IMG/VR virus record: IMGVR_UViG_3300025381_000007
Reading direction: 5' to 3' (one strand)
DNA length: 64,000 nt
Origin: a virus
The translations under genes and the position numbers were made by a program. Below, piece after piece: positions 1 through 13,300 of this stretch. How positions within the stretch are numbered: the stretch's first letter is position 1; every line of letters starts with the position of its first letter. Under the pieces are notes generated by a model that saw only the letters and a list, made by a program, of their open reading frames with translations, had not been told where the DNA came from and ran no database searches.

Positions 1-1
1 C

Positions 2-520
2 TTAGAATCTACTGCTAAGGATTTGGGTACTACTACAGCACAGTTAGCGCAAATGACTCGTCCTCAGCAAATGCAATATGTGCAGAAATATTTTAGTAAA
101 GCCGGTTGGCCTAGTGGACAAGCACCTAATCCTACTATTGCCAATGTCTACATGACAATCTTCTTACCGAAGTTTAAGTTTGCATCTCCAACCACAGTGA
201 TTGCAGATGGTACACCAGGATCTCCAACTTATCAATGGTATGCTCAAAATAGTGGGTTTGATGTTGCTCCTAAACAAGGTGTTATTACACCTGCTATGGT
301 TGCTGCCAAAGCAAGTTTGCGTAGAATTTCTGTAGTGAATTGTTTAACTGCTGCTGGTGTGGGCATTGTCAAAGGTAAACCGGATTACTTTGTAGTTCCT
401 GCACCAAGTACACCTAATGCTGGAACCCCTGTTACATCTAGTGACGGTACTATTGTTACAGATGGTTTGGGTAATCCTGTTACTACTTCTCCAACTTCTA
501 GCTTTTTAGGTGGACCATAA
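2..520 (+). CDS. C-terminal part of baseplate hub / tail lytic-transglycosylase-like protein (5'-truncated by window)
   Basis: Frame is open from base 2 (LESTAKDLGTTTAQLAQMTRPQQMQYVQKYF), matching the 'STAKxLGTTxxxLxxMxxxQQxxYVxKYF' lysozyme-like motif; lies directly upstream of the gp25-like gene. Confidence 0.7.
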   Translation, partial: LESTAKDLGTTTAQLAQMTRPQQMQYVQKYFSKAGWPSGQAPNPTIANVYMTIFLPKFKFASPTTVIADGTPGSPTYQWYAQNSGFDVAPKQGVITPAMVAAKASLRRISVVNCLTAAGVGIVKGKPDYFVVPAPSTPNAGTPVTSSDGTIVTDGLGNPVTTSPTSSFLGGP

Positions 521-523
521 ATA
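518..523 (+). promoter_or_regulatory. T4-type late promoter core TAAATA
   Basis: TAAATA 8 nt before ATG 531; same element precedes other structural genes. Confidence 0.55.
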
Positions 524-530
524 GTATATC

Positions 531-977
531 ATGCCCTATAAATCACTTGTAATCACTAATGCTGCCACAGTTTATCAACAACCTGCTAAGACTAGCCAGT
601 TTTATGTAGGGTTTAGTAGCGTGGATATTTCTAACACTAACTCTAAACTTTATGATTTAGATTTAATTATGCAAGACATTCTAAATCAGTTCAACACACG
701 CAAGGGCGAACGTGTTATGAACCCTGCATTTGGTTCTATAGTCTGGGATGTTATTATGGAACCAATGACAGACGATATTTTTCAACTGTTAAGTAACGAT
801 ATAAAAACTATTTGTACCAGTGATCCTAGAGCATATCCTATTAAAATGAATGTAAATGAACAACCAGGGGGCTACCTGATCGAAATCACAATGGTTCTAA
901 CTGGAACTAATCAATCCCAATCGATGATTTTAAACTTTAACCAATCTACTGGGTTAACTGCTCGAACTGTACAATAA
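531..977 (+). CDS. Baseplate wedge subunit, gp25-like (GPW/gp25 family)
   Basis: NQFNTRKGERVMNPAFGSIVWD and DPR motifs typical of gp25. Confidence 0.85.
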   Translation: MPYKSLVITNAATVYQQPAKTSQFYVGFSSVDISNTNSKLYDLDLIMQDILNQFNTRKGERVMNPAFGSIVWDVIMEPMTDDIFQLLSNDIKTICTSDPRAYPIKMNVNEQPGGYLIEITMVLTGTNQSQSMILNFNQSTGLTARTVQ

Positions 978-997
978 TATATGCGGTTTATAGCTGC

Positions 998-1005
998 TAT
1001 AAATA
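998..1005 (+). promoter_or_regulatory. T4-type late promoter TATAAATA
   Basis: Exact T4 late consensus in the intergenic gap upstream of ATG 1024. Confidence 0.7.
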
Positions 1006-1023
1006 CGGTATAGATAAAAAATT

Positions 1024-4000
1024 ATGACTATCCCAACCACAAAATCAAAATTACTTATTACACAAGATTGGACAAAGATTTACCAATCGAAATCTAATGC
1101 AGAGTTTCAAAGTTACGATTTTGACACCCTTCGTCGTATTTTAATCAGCTATCTTCAAGAAAACTATCCTGAAGATTTTAACGACTTTATTGAAAGTAGT
1201 GAGTATATTGCCTTAGTGGATCTTATTTCTTATCTAGGACAAAATTTAAGTTTCCGTATCGATTTAAATGCACGTGAAAACTTTTTAGAAACAGCACAGC
1301 GCCGCGATAGTATTCTGCGTCTAGCACAGTTAGTAAGTTATATTCCTAAACGTAATGTACCCGCAAGTGGTATGTTAAAGATTTCTGCGGTTACAACTAC
1401 TGGAAATGTATTCGATGCCAATGGCAATAACCTAGCAAACAATCCGATTATCTGGAATGATGCTACTAATGCTAACTGGTATCAACAGTTTATTACAATT
1501 TTAAATACCGCAATGCCTGGCTCTATGTCATTTGGTACTCCAAATGATAGAAACACAAATCTAAATGGAGTTTACACAGAACAATATATTATTAATAGTT
1601 CTAATAATGATGTGCCGGTGTTCAGTTTCAATCAAAATATCAACGGATCTTCGATTGATTTTGAAATTGTTCCTGCTACTTTTTCTGGACAAACTTATGT
1701 TTATGAAGATACACCGTTGCCAGGAGCACCTTTTAAAATAATTTATCAAAATGATAACCAAGGCCCCGGTAGTCCTAATGCAGGCTTTTTTGCAATGTTT
1801 AAACAAGGTAGAATGTCGGCAAGCGGATTCTCCCTAGTAAATCCAGTACCTAACGAAATTGTAGGTATCAATGTTAATAATATCAATAACTCCGATGTAT
1901 GGTTATGGCAACGTAATCCTAACGGACAATATTCTACATTATGGATACAGGTTCCGGCAATCAGTGGAAATAGTGTTATCTATAATAGCCTAAGTCTAAA
2001 CAATAGAAATATCTATAGTTTAAGTACTAGGGATCAGGATCAAATTGATTTAAACTTTTCTGATGGTAACTTTGGTAACTTGCCTACAGGACAGTTCCAG
2101 TTGTTCTACCGTCAAAGTAACGGAAATACATACACCATTAAGCCTGAGCAAATGGCAGGTATAACTGTTAATATTCCATATGTTGATAAAAATGGATTAA
2201 ATCAAACATTAAGTTTGATCTTAAATCTTGAATATACTGTAAGCAATAGTGCTCCGGCAGAATCAAATATTTCTATTCAACAAAAAGCTCCACAACAATA
2301 CTATACACAAAATCGTATGGTTACTGCTGAGGATTATAATATTGCTCCGCTAACTTATACAACCAATGTTCTTAAAATTCACAGTGTTAATAGAATCAGT
2401 AGTGGAGTAAGCAAATATTTTGAACTTAGCGATGTTAGCGGAAAATATAGCCAAACAAACATCTTCTGCGATGATGGCATTTTGGCAAAAAACATTACAA
2501 GCTCCACAACTTCTTTTAGCTATGCTACACAAAATGATATTTGGGCAGCATTTAAAAATGATTTAGATCCTGCGATTGCAAGTACCGAATTATATTCCTT
2601 CTATTTAGATTTATATAGAAAATCTCATCCTGTTTTATCTAATCCAACATTTAATCTTACATGGAACTTGTCTAATGTTGTTGCTGGTCAAAGTCGAGGA
2701 TATTTCATGGGATCTATTCCGACCATAACAGGTCAACCTAATCCTATTGTATCTCCTCAGGCAGTTGGACCACAGTACGCATCTATTTCTTATGTATTAT
2801 ATTATGTCACACCAGGGGCAATGATTAAATTTAGAGCACCTGACAATGTAGACAATCAAACTCAATACTTTGATGCCAATGGAAATATTACAACAACTAC
2901 TCCTAGTCAAGATCCTACAGTTTCCTTATATCTATGGACCACCGTACAACAAGTTATTGGTACAGGCTCCAACAACGGTTTAGGAAATCTTAGCGATGGC
3001 ACCGGTCCTATTATTTTAACCAATGTTATACCTGACGGATGTATCCCTGTGGAAGTTGTGCCTGCATATTCTAATAGCTTAGGGTATTCATTTGAAACTA
3101 GTCTTATTAACTTATGTTCTTCTAAACTAACATTTGGTCTAACAATCAATACTTCTACAAGAACATGGAATGTAATTTCAAGTAATAACTTAAATCGAGC
3201 ATTTATCACAGACACTTCGATGTTTGATTATGCTGGAGATACAACAAACGGTCAGTTAGATGCTAGTTGGTTAGTAATGTTTATGTGGAATCCAACTTCA
3301 CAAAGTTATCAAATTATATCGAAGAATGAACAGTTTATTTTCCAAAGTGCTACTCAGACTGGATTCTATGTAGATAACAATAAAATAAATTTCGACTACA
3401 CAAATAACTCAGTAGTCAAAGATAAAATTACTGTCTTGTCAGTTAATGCAGCAATAACCAATACTAATGCAATAGTTAAAGGATTTCCACTGCCTACAGA
3501 TTATACATGGCAAATTGATAACTCAATCGTTGAAGCAGACGGGTATATTGATCCATCCACTGTGGTGATTAGTTATTATCAAGATCAAAATAGTCAACAG
3601 TTTAGTCAAATTTCTAATCCAGATAGTTTTAATAACATTGTTGGAGATAATACAACCCTAGTTACATTAAATGGTTCTACTGTTACACTCCCAGGCCGAA
3701 GCAATTTAAAATTCCAATACCAACATAATCCAAGTAATGAAGTTAGAATTGATCCTGCCAAGAGTAACATCATTGATGTTTATATGTTAACCTCGGCCTA
3801 TGATTCTGCATTTAGAAACTGGCTATTAACTGGTAATGGTACAAAACCTATTCCTCCAACAACCAATGCTTTAGAAAATAATTATTCAGCTGACCTTGAA
3901 CCGATAAAAACAATAAGTGATCAGATTGTTTATCAACCAGCTGTTTATAAAATACTTTTTGGCAATAAAGCAGAACCTAAGTTACAGGCAACATTTAAGG

Positions 4001-4317
4001 CTGTTCAAAGTCCAACCAGTGTTTTAAGTTCTAACTCTATTAGAAGTAAAATATTAGATGGGATTAACTCTTTCTTTGCCTTGGAAAACTGGGACTTTGG
4101 TCAAAGTTTTTATTTTAGTGAACTATCAACTTATATTATGAACATGTTAACACCTGACATTACAAACTTCTTGATTGTCCCGGTATCCAGCAACTTTGGA
4201 AATCTATATGAAGTTTCGTGCCAAAACAATGAAATTTTTATCAGCGGAGCAACCGCAGAAAATATACAAGTTATTTCGGCAGCAACCGCGGCACAGTTAA
4301 ACATTAGTGGAAGTTAA
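1024..4317 (+). CDS. Baseplate wedge protein, gp6-like
   Basis: DFDTLR...NDFIESSE...RENFLETAQRRDSILRLA...Y.P and QNRMVTAEDY motifs characteristic of gp6 / baseplate J. Confidence 0.8.
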   Translation: MTIPTTKSKLLITQDWTKIYQSKSNAEFQSYDFDTLRRILISYLQENYPEDFNDFIESSEYIALVDLISYLGQNLSFRIDLNARENFLETAQRRDSILRLAQLVSYIPKRNVPASGMLKISAVTTTGNVFDANGNNLANNPIIWNDATNANWYQQFITILNTAMPGSMSFGTPNDRNTNLNGVYTEQYIINSSNNDVPVFSFNQNINGSSIDFEIVPATFSGQTYVYEDTPLPGAPFKIIYQNDNQGPGSPNAGFFAMFKQGRMSASGFSLVNPVPNEIVGINVNNINNSDVWLWQRNPNGQYSTLWIQVPAISGNSVIYNSLSLNNRNIYSLSTRDQDQIDLNFSDGNFGNLPTGQFQLFYRQSNGNTYTIKPEQMAGITVNIPYVDKNGLNQTLSLILNLEYTVSNSAPAESNISIQQKAPQQYYTQNRMVTAEDYNIAPLTYTTNVLKIHSVNRISSGVSKYFELSDVSGKYSQTNIFCDDGILAKNITSSTTSFSYATQNDIWAAFKNDLDPAIASTELYSFYLDLYRKSHPVLSNPTFNLTWNLSNVVAGQSRGYFMGSIPTITGQPNPIVSPQAVGPQYASISYVLYYVTPGAMIKFRAPDNVDNQTQYFDANGNITTTTPSQDPTVSLYLWTTVQQVIGTGSNNGLGNLSDGTGPIILTNVIPDGCIPVEVVPAYSNSLGYSFETSLINLCSSKLTFGLTINTSTRTWNVISSNNLNRAFITDTSMFDYAGDTTNGQLDASWLVMFMWNPTSQSYQIISKNEQFIFQSATQTGFYVDNNKINFDYTNNSVVKDKITVLSVNAAITNTNAIVKGFPLPTDYTWQIDNSIVEADGYIDPSTVVISYYQDQNSQQFSQISNPDSFNNIVGDNTTLVTLNGSTVTLPGRSNLKFQYQHNPSNEVRIDPAKSNIIDVYMLTSAYDSAFRNWLLTGNGTKPIPPTTNALENNYSADLEPIKTISDQIVYQPAVYKILFGNKAEPKLQATFKAVQSPTSVLSSNSIRSKILDGINSFFALENWDFGQSFYFSELSTYIMNMLTPDITNFLIVPVSSNFGNLYEVSCQNNEIFISGATAENIQVISAATAAQLNISGS

Positions 4318-4319
4318 TA

Positions 4320-7300
4320 ATGTCAACATCAACAGTACATTCAGTTAACCTATTACCAACATATCTACAAACAAATAAAAATTCTAAATTTTTATCAAGT
4401 ACTATTGACCAGTTGATTCAACCGGCACAACTTGAGCGATTGAACGCTTACATTGGTTCTACATCTACTCCAACATATCACATAGGCGATTCTTATGTTC
4501 AAGAATCTACTGCATTAAGACAAGCATATCAACTAGACCCTGCGTTAGTAACTAACGATATTAACGGGGTTATTCAAAGTGTAGTTGCCCTTGACGATCT
4601 TGCCAATGAGATAGCATTGGAAGGTGGCCTAACTAACAATTTTGATAGACTATTTAGAAGTCAAGTATATCCTTATTATCCTCAAATAGCAATAGATAAA
4701 CTAGTAAACTATGAAAAATATTATTGGTTACCTGAGGGTCCGGAGCTAGTTAATATTGATCAAGCAGATCTTGATGTTGCAAATCAAGTCATTGGACAAT
4801 CAGATGTTGTACTTACTGTAGGCAATAATAGTGTACAGTTATTAAATGGTATGATGGTTACTTTCAGCGGCGACGGTGTTAGTAATCAGTACAAATACAA
4901 AGAGTTTTTTGTAGAAGGAACAGGTACATCTATTGTATTGGTTCCCTATGACAGTTTAATCACTCCTGAAGTATCTGCTCAACAAAATCCTGATTTATTT
5001 GATAAGGCAGGGTTTGATATGTTGTCTTTTGATGACAACAGAAATATACCAGTTGATCCTCAATACATTACCATTAATCGTGCTAGTAAAGATCTAAATG
5101 CATGGTCTAGAGCCAATCGCTGGGTACATGAAGATATTATTATAGCCAGTACTGCTGCTAATAATGCAGAAGTTAAACTACCACCTTTGCAAAGAGCGTT
5201 AAGACCTATTATTGAATTTAATGCAGATATTAAACTTTTTAATCACGGTTCTGTTGCTTACAAATATGTTGATGTAGTTGACAAATATACTAAAAATGCG
5301 TTTTTAACTATTTCTGGAACTACTATTCCGGGAACATCGAACACCAGTACTGTAGTTGTAGATGGTATACCTTTAGAGCATGGTTATCGAATCATTTTTA
5401 CCAATGACACAGATCCAACAGTACAAAATAATATCTATCAAGTTAACTTTGTAAACATCAACGGAACATATAAGTTGGTATTATTGCCAGCATCTGATAA
5501 CATGCCTGAAGAAGGCGCATCTGTTATAGTTACACAAGGTACTGTATTTGGCGGAACTACATTATGGTATAATGGCACAACATGGGTATCTGCTCAACAA
5601 AAGACTGCTACTAATCAAGCACCACTATTTGATTTGTTTGACGAAAACGAAGTAAGTTATTCCGATACTCAATACTATCTAAGTAATTTTACAGGTAACA
5701 AAATATTTGGATATAAAATTAATAACAGTAATCCTGTTGATTCTATATTAGGCCTACATGTTGATTATAGGAATATTTCTTCTATTGGAAGTTTCTTATT
5801 CACAAACTATTTTGGAACTGATCAGATTACAGTGTCTTTATCTGGAACTACTGTTGATGTTGTTCCTACTAGTAAGACTTTCTTTAAAATAGGCAACAAA
5901 TATCTAAATGTTTGGGATTCGCTACTATCCCCTCCGATTAACATTAATAGCACAGGCTATTATGATGTTCCTTTGAGTTTAACTAATAATCCGTTGAACA
6001 GTTATTTGACTGATTTTACATTAGCGGACTTTGATCAACAAGCTGTAACAAATACACGTTTAATTTCTAATGGAAATAACCCAATGGCGTTTGCTATGAT
6101 GTTCATTGGTAAAAAATCAAATAGTGTGATTGATGCTATTGAGAAGTCTTCTGATGCTTATAATCAGTTTAAGTTGGCATTGATTGCACAGGCTTCATCT
6201 ATTGCCGATGTAACTGATCCTGTAAAAGTCCTTGATGAAATTTTAACTAAAATAAATCTAAGTAAAACTTCTTTAAGTCCTTATTACTTGTCTGACATGG
6301 TTGCTTATGGTGTTGATAAAAAAACATTAACCTATACTGTAACTAATCCCAATGTTGTAACATACTCTATCAACTCAGAATTTAATCTAACTGCTAGTTC
6401 TAATAGAAGTGTACTGATTTATCTAAACGGTCGTCAGCTAACAGCAGGACAAGATTATACATTTGATCCTTATGATGCTGGTGTAACTTTTTCTATAGTA
6501 TTATCTGCGGGCGATGTTATTACCATTAATGATTATAGAGATACCCGTGGTAGCTTTATACCTCCTACCCCTACTAAACTAGGATTGTATCCTAGCTTTG
6601 TTCCTAAAATCTATTCAGACAATACCTATGCTAGCGGCCCAGTAAATGTAATACAAGGGCATGATGGTAGCATTATGTTAGCCTACAATGATTATAGAGA
6701 TGCAATCATTTTAGAATATGAACTACGTGTTTTTAATAATCTTAAAGTAGCCTATAGACCTGAACTATTCGATGTTAACTCATCTAATCCTGGCGCATTT
6801 AGAGATTCTCTAGGAACAAGTAACTATAGTTTAGACGAAGTTAATAAGATTATACAGCCTTCTTTTATCAAATGGGCAGGTACATATGGTATTGAATATA
6901 TTACCAACAACTCGTTTGATATTAACAATCCATTTACTTGGAACTATACTGGTTCTGTTTATAAAGGATTACAATATCCAAATGCATCTGCTGGTACAGG
7001 AATATCTGTTAGCGGATCTTGGAGAGCAGTATTTGAATATTTTTACGATACCGATAGACCTCACACTGCACCTTGGGAAATGTTAGGATTTGGTAAACAA
7101 CCTAGCTGGTGGGATGCTGAATATGGTGTTGCTCCTTATACATCTGGTAATACAAAAATGTGGACAGATATACAAGCAGGTAACATCGCTCAGGGCCCTA
7201 TTGCTGGTATTAACACTTTCTATGCTCGTCCGGGATTACTTGATATTCTTCCTGTAGATGAGTTTGGAAACTTATTATCACCGACTATTATTGGTTTAGT

Positions 7301-10300
7301 AGCACATGCTGCTTCTCCTAATATTTCTTATAACTGGAACATTGGTAATCGAAGTCCTGCCGAAACAGCATGGCGTAGAAGTAGTTATTGGCCATTTGTT
7401 GTTCAACGATTGTTAGCATTAACACAACCAGCAACATACTGTGCATTAATGTATGACCCTGCTAATATGAGTGTCAATAAAGCCGGACAGTGGACATATG
7501 GTTCTGCTTATTCGTTCTTGCAACTACCTAGTATGCCGATCCACGGCGAAAGTGGAGTTGCTACTAGTGGCTATGGTGTTTTTGTTAGTGAAGTAGGTCA
7601 ACAAAGAACTCAAAACTATATTAATGAACTACGACAAGATTTAAAATATGTAAACTTTAATCTGTTTTATAAAGTAGGAGGATTTGTAAATCCCAATACC
7701 TTACAAATCATTATTGATGCTTACGAACCTACAACAACAGCGCCGGGTGCTATATTACCAAACGAAAGTTATTCTTTAATTCTTAATACTAGCAATCCTA
7801 TTCAAAGTATCGGTATTTCTGGAATTATTGTACAACGTACAGATGCTGGATATGTTGTTAGAGGTTATGACAGACAACAACCTTATTTTACATATTATCC
7901 TGCGGTTAGAAATGCCAACACTCCTACCATCACTGTTGGTGGGGTTACATCAGACTATGTAGCATGGACATCGGCAACTGGTGTCGGTGATAGGAACTTA
8001 ACATCTCTTGATACAACTACTGCTAAGGCTGCTCCTTCTAATATATTTTATCAAGCAGGACAGATTGTTCAATACGGTAACAATTTCTATAGAGTATTGG
8101 TAGGTCATTCTGCTGAATCAACATTTGATGCTAGTTTATATCAAATATTACCATCAATACCTACTACCGGTGGTGCCACTGTACAAGTTGCAAATTCCTT
8201 TAACAAAAATTCTGTAAAAGTTCCTTATGGTACAACTTTCACTAACATACAAGATGTATACGATTTAATCATTGGCTATGGTGCTTGGTTAACTGATCAA
8301 GGATTTGTATTTGAACAGTTTAATACCAATTTAGGAACCAATGTTGATTGGCATCTAAGCGGAAAAGAGTTTTTATATTGGAGTACACAAAGCTGGACAT
8401 CATCTGGTGTTATTACATTGAGTCCCTTTGCTGACCAACTAACATTCCAAACTACAAACTCGGTAGTTAACAATATATTTGATAACTTCTATGAGTATAG
8501 TATTTCCAAGGCAGACGGTACCCCATTCCCTCAAAATAACTTATTTGTTGCTCGTCAAAGCGGGCAATTTACAATCAATGTTATTAATAGTGTTGAAGGA
8601 ATTTATTTTGCAAGATTGCTTTGTATACAAAAAGAACATGCCATAGTATTTGATAATACAGATATTTTTGGTGATATTATCTATGATATTGAAACAGGTG
8701 AACGACAAGCAAGAATGAAACTAGTAGGGTTTAGAACCGCCAACTGGAACGGTGATTTCTTTGCTCCGGGATTTTTGTATGATGAAGCTAAGGTAGTCGA
8801 ATGGAAACCATTTACAAACTATCTTGCCAGCGATGTGGTAAAATACAATAGCCAATATTATAGTGCTATCTCTAATGTAGCAGGTACTAAGAGCTTTGTA
8901 TATACTCAATGGAATATATTAAGTTCAAAACCAACAGCTGGTTTATTTTCTAACTTTGATTACAAAGTAAGTCAGTTTAACGATTTTTATAGTTTAGATA
9001 TTGATAACTTTGATTCAAGTATTCAACAGGCTGCACAAAATTTAACTGGTTATACTCCACGACCTTATTTGAATAATATATTCAGTGACCCAATCAGTCA
9101 GTATAAGTTCTATCAGGGAATGATACGTGAAAAAGGCACTGCAAATCCGATTATTAAGTTAGCCGCAGCCACTATTCAAAACTTAAACAGTAAAATAGAG
9201 TTTAATGAAGAGTGGGCTTTCCGTGTAGGACAATACGGCTCATTTACAACTTATAATGAATTTGAAGTACCGTTAAAAGAAGGAACCTTTGTAGAGAACC
9301 CACAGATTATTAGTTTTGTCGAATCGGTTCCAAAAGAAAGTAATAGTGTAATATATTATGCTACACCTAATGAACTAACTATTGGAACTGGCACATTACC
9401 TACAGTAGCAACAAGTACATCTACTGCTACGCTACAGTTATTACATGCAGGTTATGTGCGTTTTGATGATGTTGATGCAACAGCCTACAACTTTAGCAGT
9501 TTACTAGATATTGCCAACAACGATGTTATTAATGATGGTACAACTGTCTGGTTAGGATTTAAGCCAGATGGATCTTGGGATGTATTGCGTTATACATTCC
9601 GCTCAGCTGACATTATTGATGTTAATGCCACACAACCATTTAGTCAAATAACATTTACAACTAGCGGAACACATTCTTTATCTGTGGGACAGTTAGTTTC
9701 TGTAGTTAACTTTAATAGTGAAGTTAACGGAGTTTATACTATTTTGGAAATACCAAGCAACACTGAGTTTACAGTTGCTAGCACTCTAGGATCTATAGAT
9801 TTTAATAATCCGTCAAGCCCTGGTATGTTGTTTACTTTTGACTCTATTAGAGTTGAAACATTTGACAACTTACCTATTGACCAAACTCTGTATCGTTACA
9901 ATCTCGGAAGTAAAGTATGGGTTAATACAGGTAATGGAACTGACAACAATGGTTGGGCAGTTTATGAAAAAGTATTAAACTATACCAATACTGATGTTAA
10001 AAGCATATCAAGTATTTCAAACGAAGGACTTGGTTATAGTATTTCTAAACCAAAAGGTAGCAAGATACTAGCAGTGGGTTCTCCATATTATACAGGAACC
10101 AATGTCGGAGGATTTGTATCTGGTAATGTAGGTTTATATGAGATTAACAACAACAAACTACAAGCAATCTCCTTTTACCAAATGTATAATACTGCTGGTA
10201 CTGGTAACTTGTATGGATATTCTGTAGCATATAATCCTATACCTTTTAGTTCTTCTACCTACGGATTAATCTTTGCCGGAGCCCCGGGAGCAAATAATAA

Positions 10301-13300
10301 TGCTGGAAAAGTTTTAGTCACGGGGTTAGATACCTATATACAAACTAAACTATTAGCAACAATTACTACTTCTACATCGGGTTCTGCATTTGGTTCTAGT
10401 TTATCAGTAGTACCTACGAGTACTATTACAAGTTTATTATTTGTCGGAGCTCCGGTAGGTAATGGTGCTGTTCACTCATATACAGTAAAATCTACAGCCA
10501 CAGTTAGCTCGGTCTATTCGGGTTCTGTGTCAGGCACTTCGGGATCATTATTCGGTACTTCGATTGCTACAAATAGTACAGGTAGTTTGGTAGCAATAGG
10601 TGCTCCGGGTTACTCACAGGCTACAGGGCAAGTTCGATATTACACCGGTAGTTTATCTTCATTAGGCACAATCACTTCTCCATTTGCAACAGGAACCAAC
10701 TTTGGCCAATCTTTGGCAATGAGTCGAGACGGCTATTATCTTGCTGTAAGTGCTCCTAATCTAAACAATGACGATGGAAGTATAGGTGCTGTGTGCATTT
10801 ATACATTGACAAATAATGCATATGTATTAGATACAACCTTAATAAATCCAGTAATAGGTTCGACAATGAACTTTGGCATAGCTATGGATTTTACATCAGA
10901 AGCTGATGCCTTGGTTGTTACCGCATTAGGAACAAACACTTCGGTTGTAACTTATTTTGATGAACACACAACTACCTTTGATTTAGACACAACTAGATTT
11001 ACAGAATCTGAAATAATGTCGGGCTCTGCTTATTTGTATTCACGTAGAGGTACACGATTTGTCTATAGCGAAGAACTAGTCAACGCAGAAGAAAACATTA
11101 CAACAGGTACTAACTATGGAACATCTGTTTCATTAGACAACGGTGTTGTACTAGTCGGTGCTCCGGGCGGTTCAACACAACTAGTAAGTACTGCTACCAG
11201 TGCAATCTATCAGTTTACTGCAATAGACCCAGCAGTGGTAGGATGGAATCAGTTACGAGTTCAAGACGATTTTGTATTACCTTCGGGTGTTCAAAAGATT
11301 TGTTTAGTTGATACAGTATCTAATGATATTATTAACTATTATGACTATGTGGATCCGTTAAAAGGTCAAATCGTTGGTCTTGCTGAGGAAGAACTAACTT
11401 ATAAAGTTGCAAGTGATCCTGCTATATATAGCATCGGTGATTCTAAAGTAAATGTTAATAATGTATCAAACTGGCTTGACAATCAAGTAGGTCAACTATG
11501 GTGGGATTTAAGTACTGCCAAGTTTACCTGGTATGAGCAAGGTGATTTAGAATATCGTAGAATCAACTGGAACACACTATTCCCTGGGGCTAGTATTGAT
11601 GTATACGAATGGGTTAAATCTACATTGTTGCCAAGTGATTGGGCTATTCAAGCCGACACAACTTCGGGACTTGCAAAAGGTATTAGCGGTCAACCTAAAT
11701 ATCCTGACAACAGTACATTGTCGGTTACACAAGAATATGATTCTGCAACAGGTGGCTTTATTAATACCTATTATTACTGGGTTAAGAATAAAGCAACTAT
11801 ACCTAATGTAGCTGATCGTAGAACCAGCGCACAGAATGTAGCTTCTTATATTGCTAACCCGTTAGCTGCTGGCCTACAGTTTGCATCTATAATAGATAAA
11901 AATACCATAATGTTAGCTAATATTGCTACTGAGTTAAAATCTGATCAAATCAGTCTAAACTTTGCTATTGATAATACTAACAGTAAAATACCTCGTCACA
12001 CAGAGTGGCAGTTAATGACAGACGGCAAAGAAACAAGCACACCACCCGGACTGTTAGAACGTAAAATGATTGATAGTTTTATTGGATATAGTACAAGTAC
12101 AGGTGCTCTTGTTCCTGATCCAAAACTGTCAGCTAGAGCTAAGTTTGGTATTGGCATCAGACCTCAACAAACATTATTCAACAACAGATTTGAAGCATTG
12201 CGTAATGTTATAGATTTTGCCAACAGCATTTTAATAGATGTTCAAGTTACCAGCAACTACAGTTTTAATAACTTAAACGCCGCTGAGCCTTTTCCTACTC
12301 AATATACCGTAATCGAGGATGCTACAGAGTTGGATCCGGTATTTGTTGGAAGTACATCGACTGTTACAGTATTAGTTGATGCTGATTCTAACAACGGATG
12401 GGCAGTATATGAACTACAAAATAGTAAATGGGTAAGAGTAAGAACACAAAGTTATAACACTCCATTATATTGGAAACATGTTGATTGGGTGTCTACTTCT
12501 TACGATGCTTATCGAGATATTACTGTTGCAGTTGACGAGTTATATCAGTTGGCTGAAGTTAGTCTATCTGCCGGGCAATATGTCAAAGTTAATAATCGAG
12601 GCGACGGCAACTATATTATTCTAGAAGTAGCACCTGCTGGTACTGTTGGTGATTTTGGTAATAACTATCTAACTCGTTATATACAAAACGGTACTATTCA
12701 GTTCTTAGATACTTTATGGAATCTAGCATTTGGATGGAATCAAACATATAGTTACAGTCAAACATTGTTTGATCAAACTCCTAACAAGGAAATTCAATTT
12801 ATTCTTACTGCCTTAAAGGATGATTTGTTTATCAATGATTTAAGAGTCAACTGGAATAAACTATTCTTCAAGGCCATGAAGTATGCTGTTTCAGAGCAGC
12901 CTGCTATTGATTGGATATTAAAAACATCGTTTATTGATGTAACTAACTATGCGGGACAGTTGACACAGCCTCCTATCTATAAGTTACAAGATAGTTCTTA
13001 CTATGAAGATTTTATTAATGAAGTAAAACCCTACCATACAAAAGTTAGAAACTTTACAACTAACTTTAGTAATACAGAGTTTTCTCAAACATTGACTACT
13101 GATTTTGATTTCCCTGCATATTGGAGTACATTAACAAATAAATTTGTTACTACTCCTGTGTCAACATCGTCGTTGGTATATCCACAATATTTGTCAAACA
13201 GTGGTACATATACTACTTCTACTGTACCTACTTTAGAAAGTTTGTTTGTAAATCCTGTTCGACAAATAACTGAGACTATGGTCTTTGACAGAATTTCTAC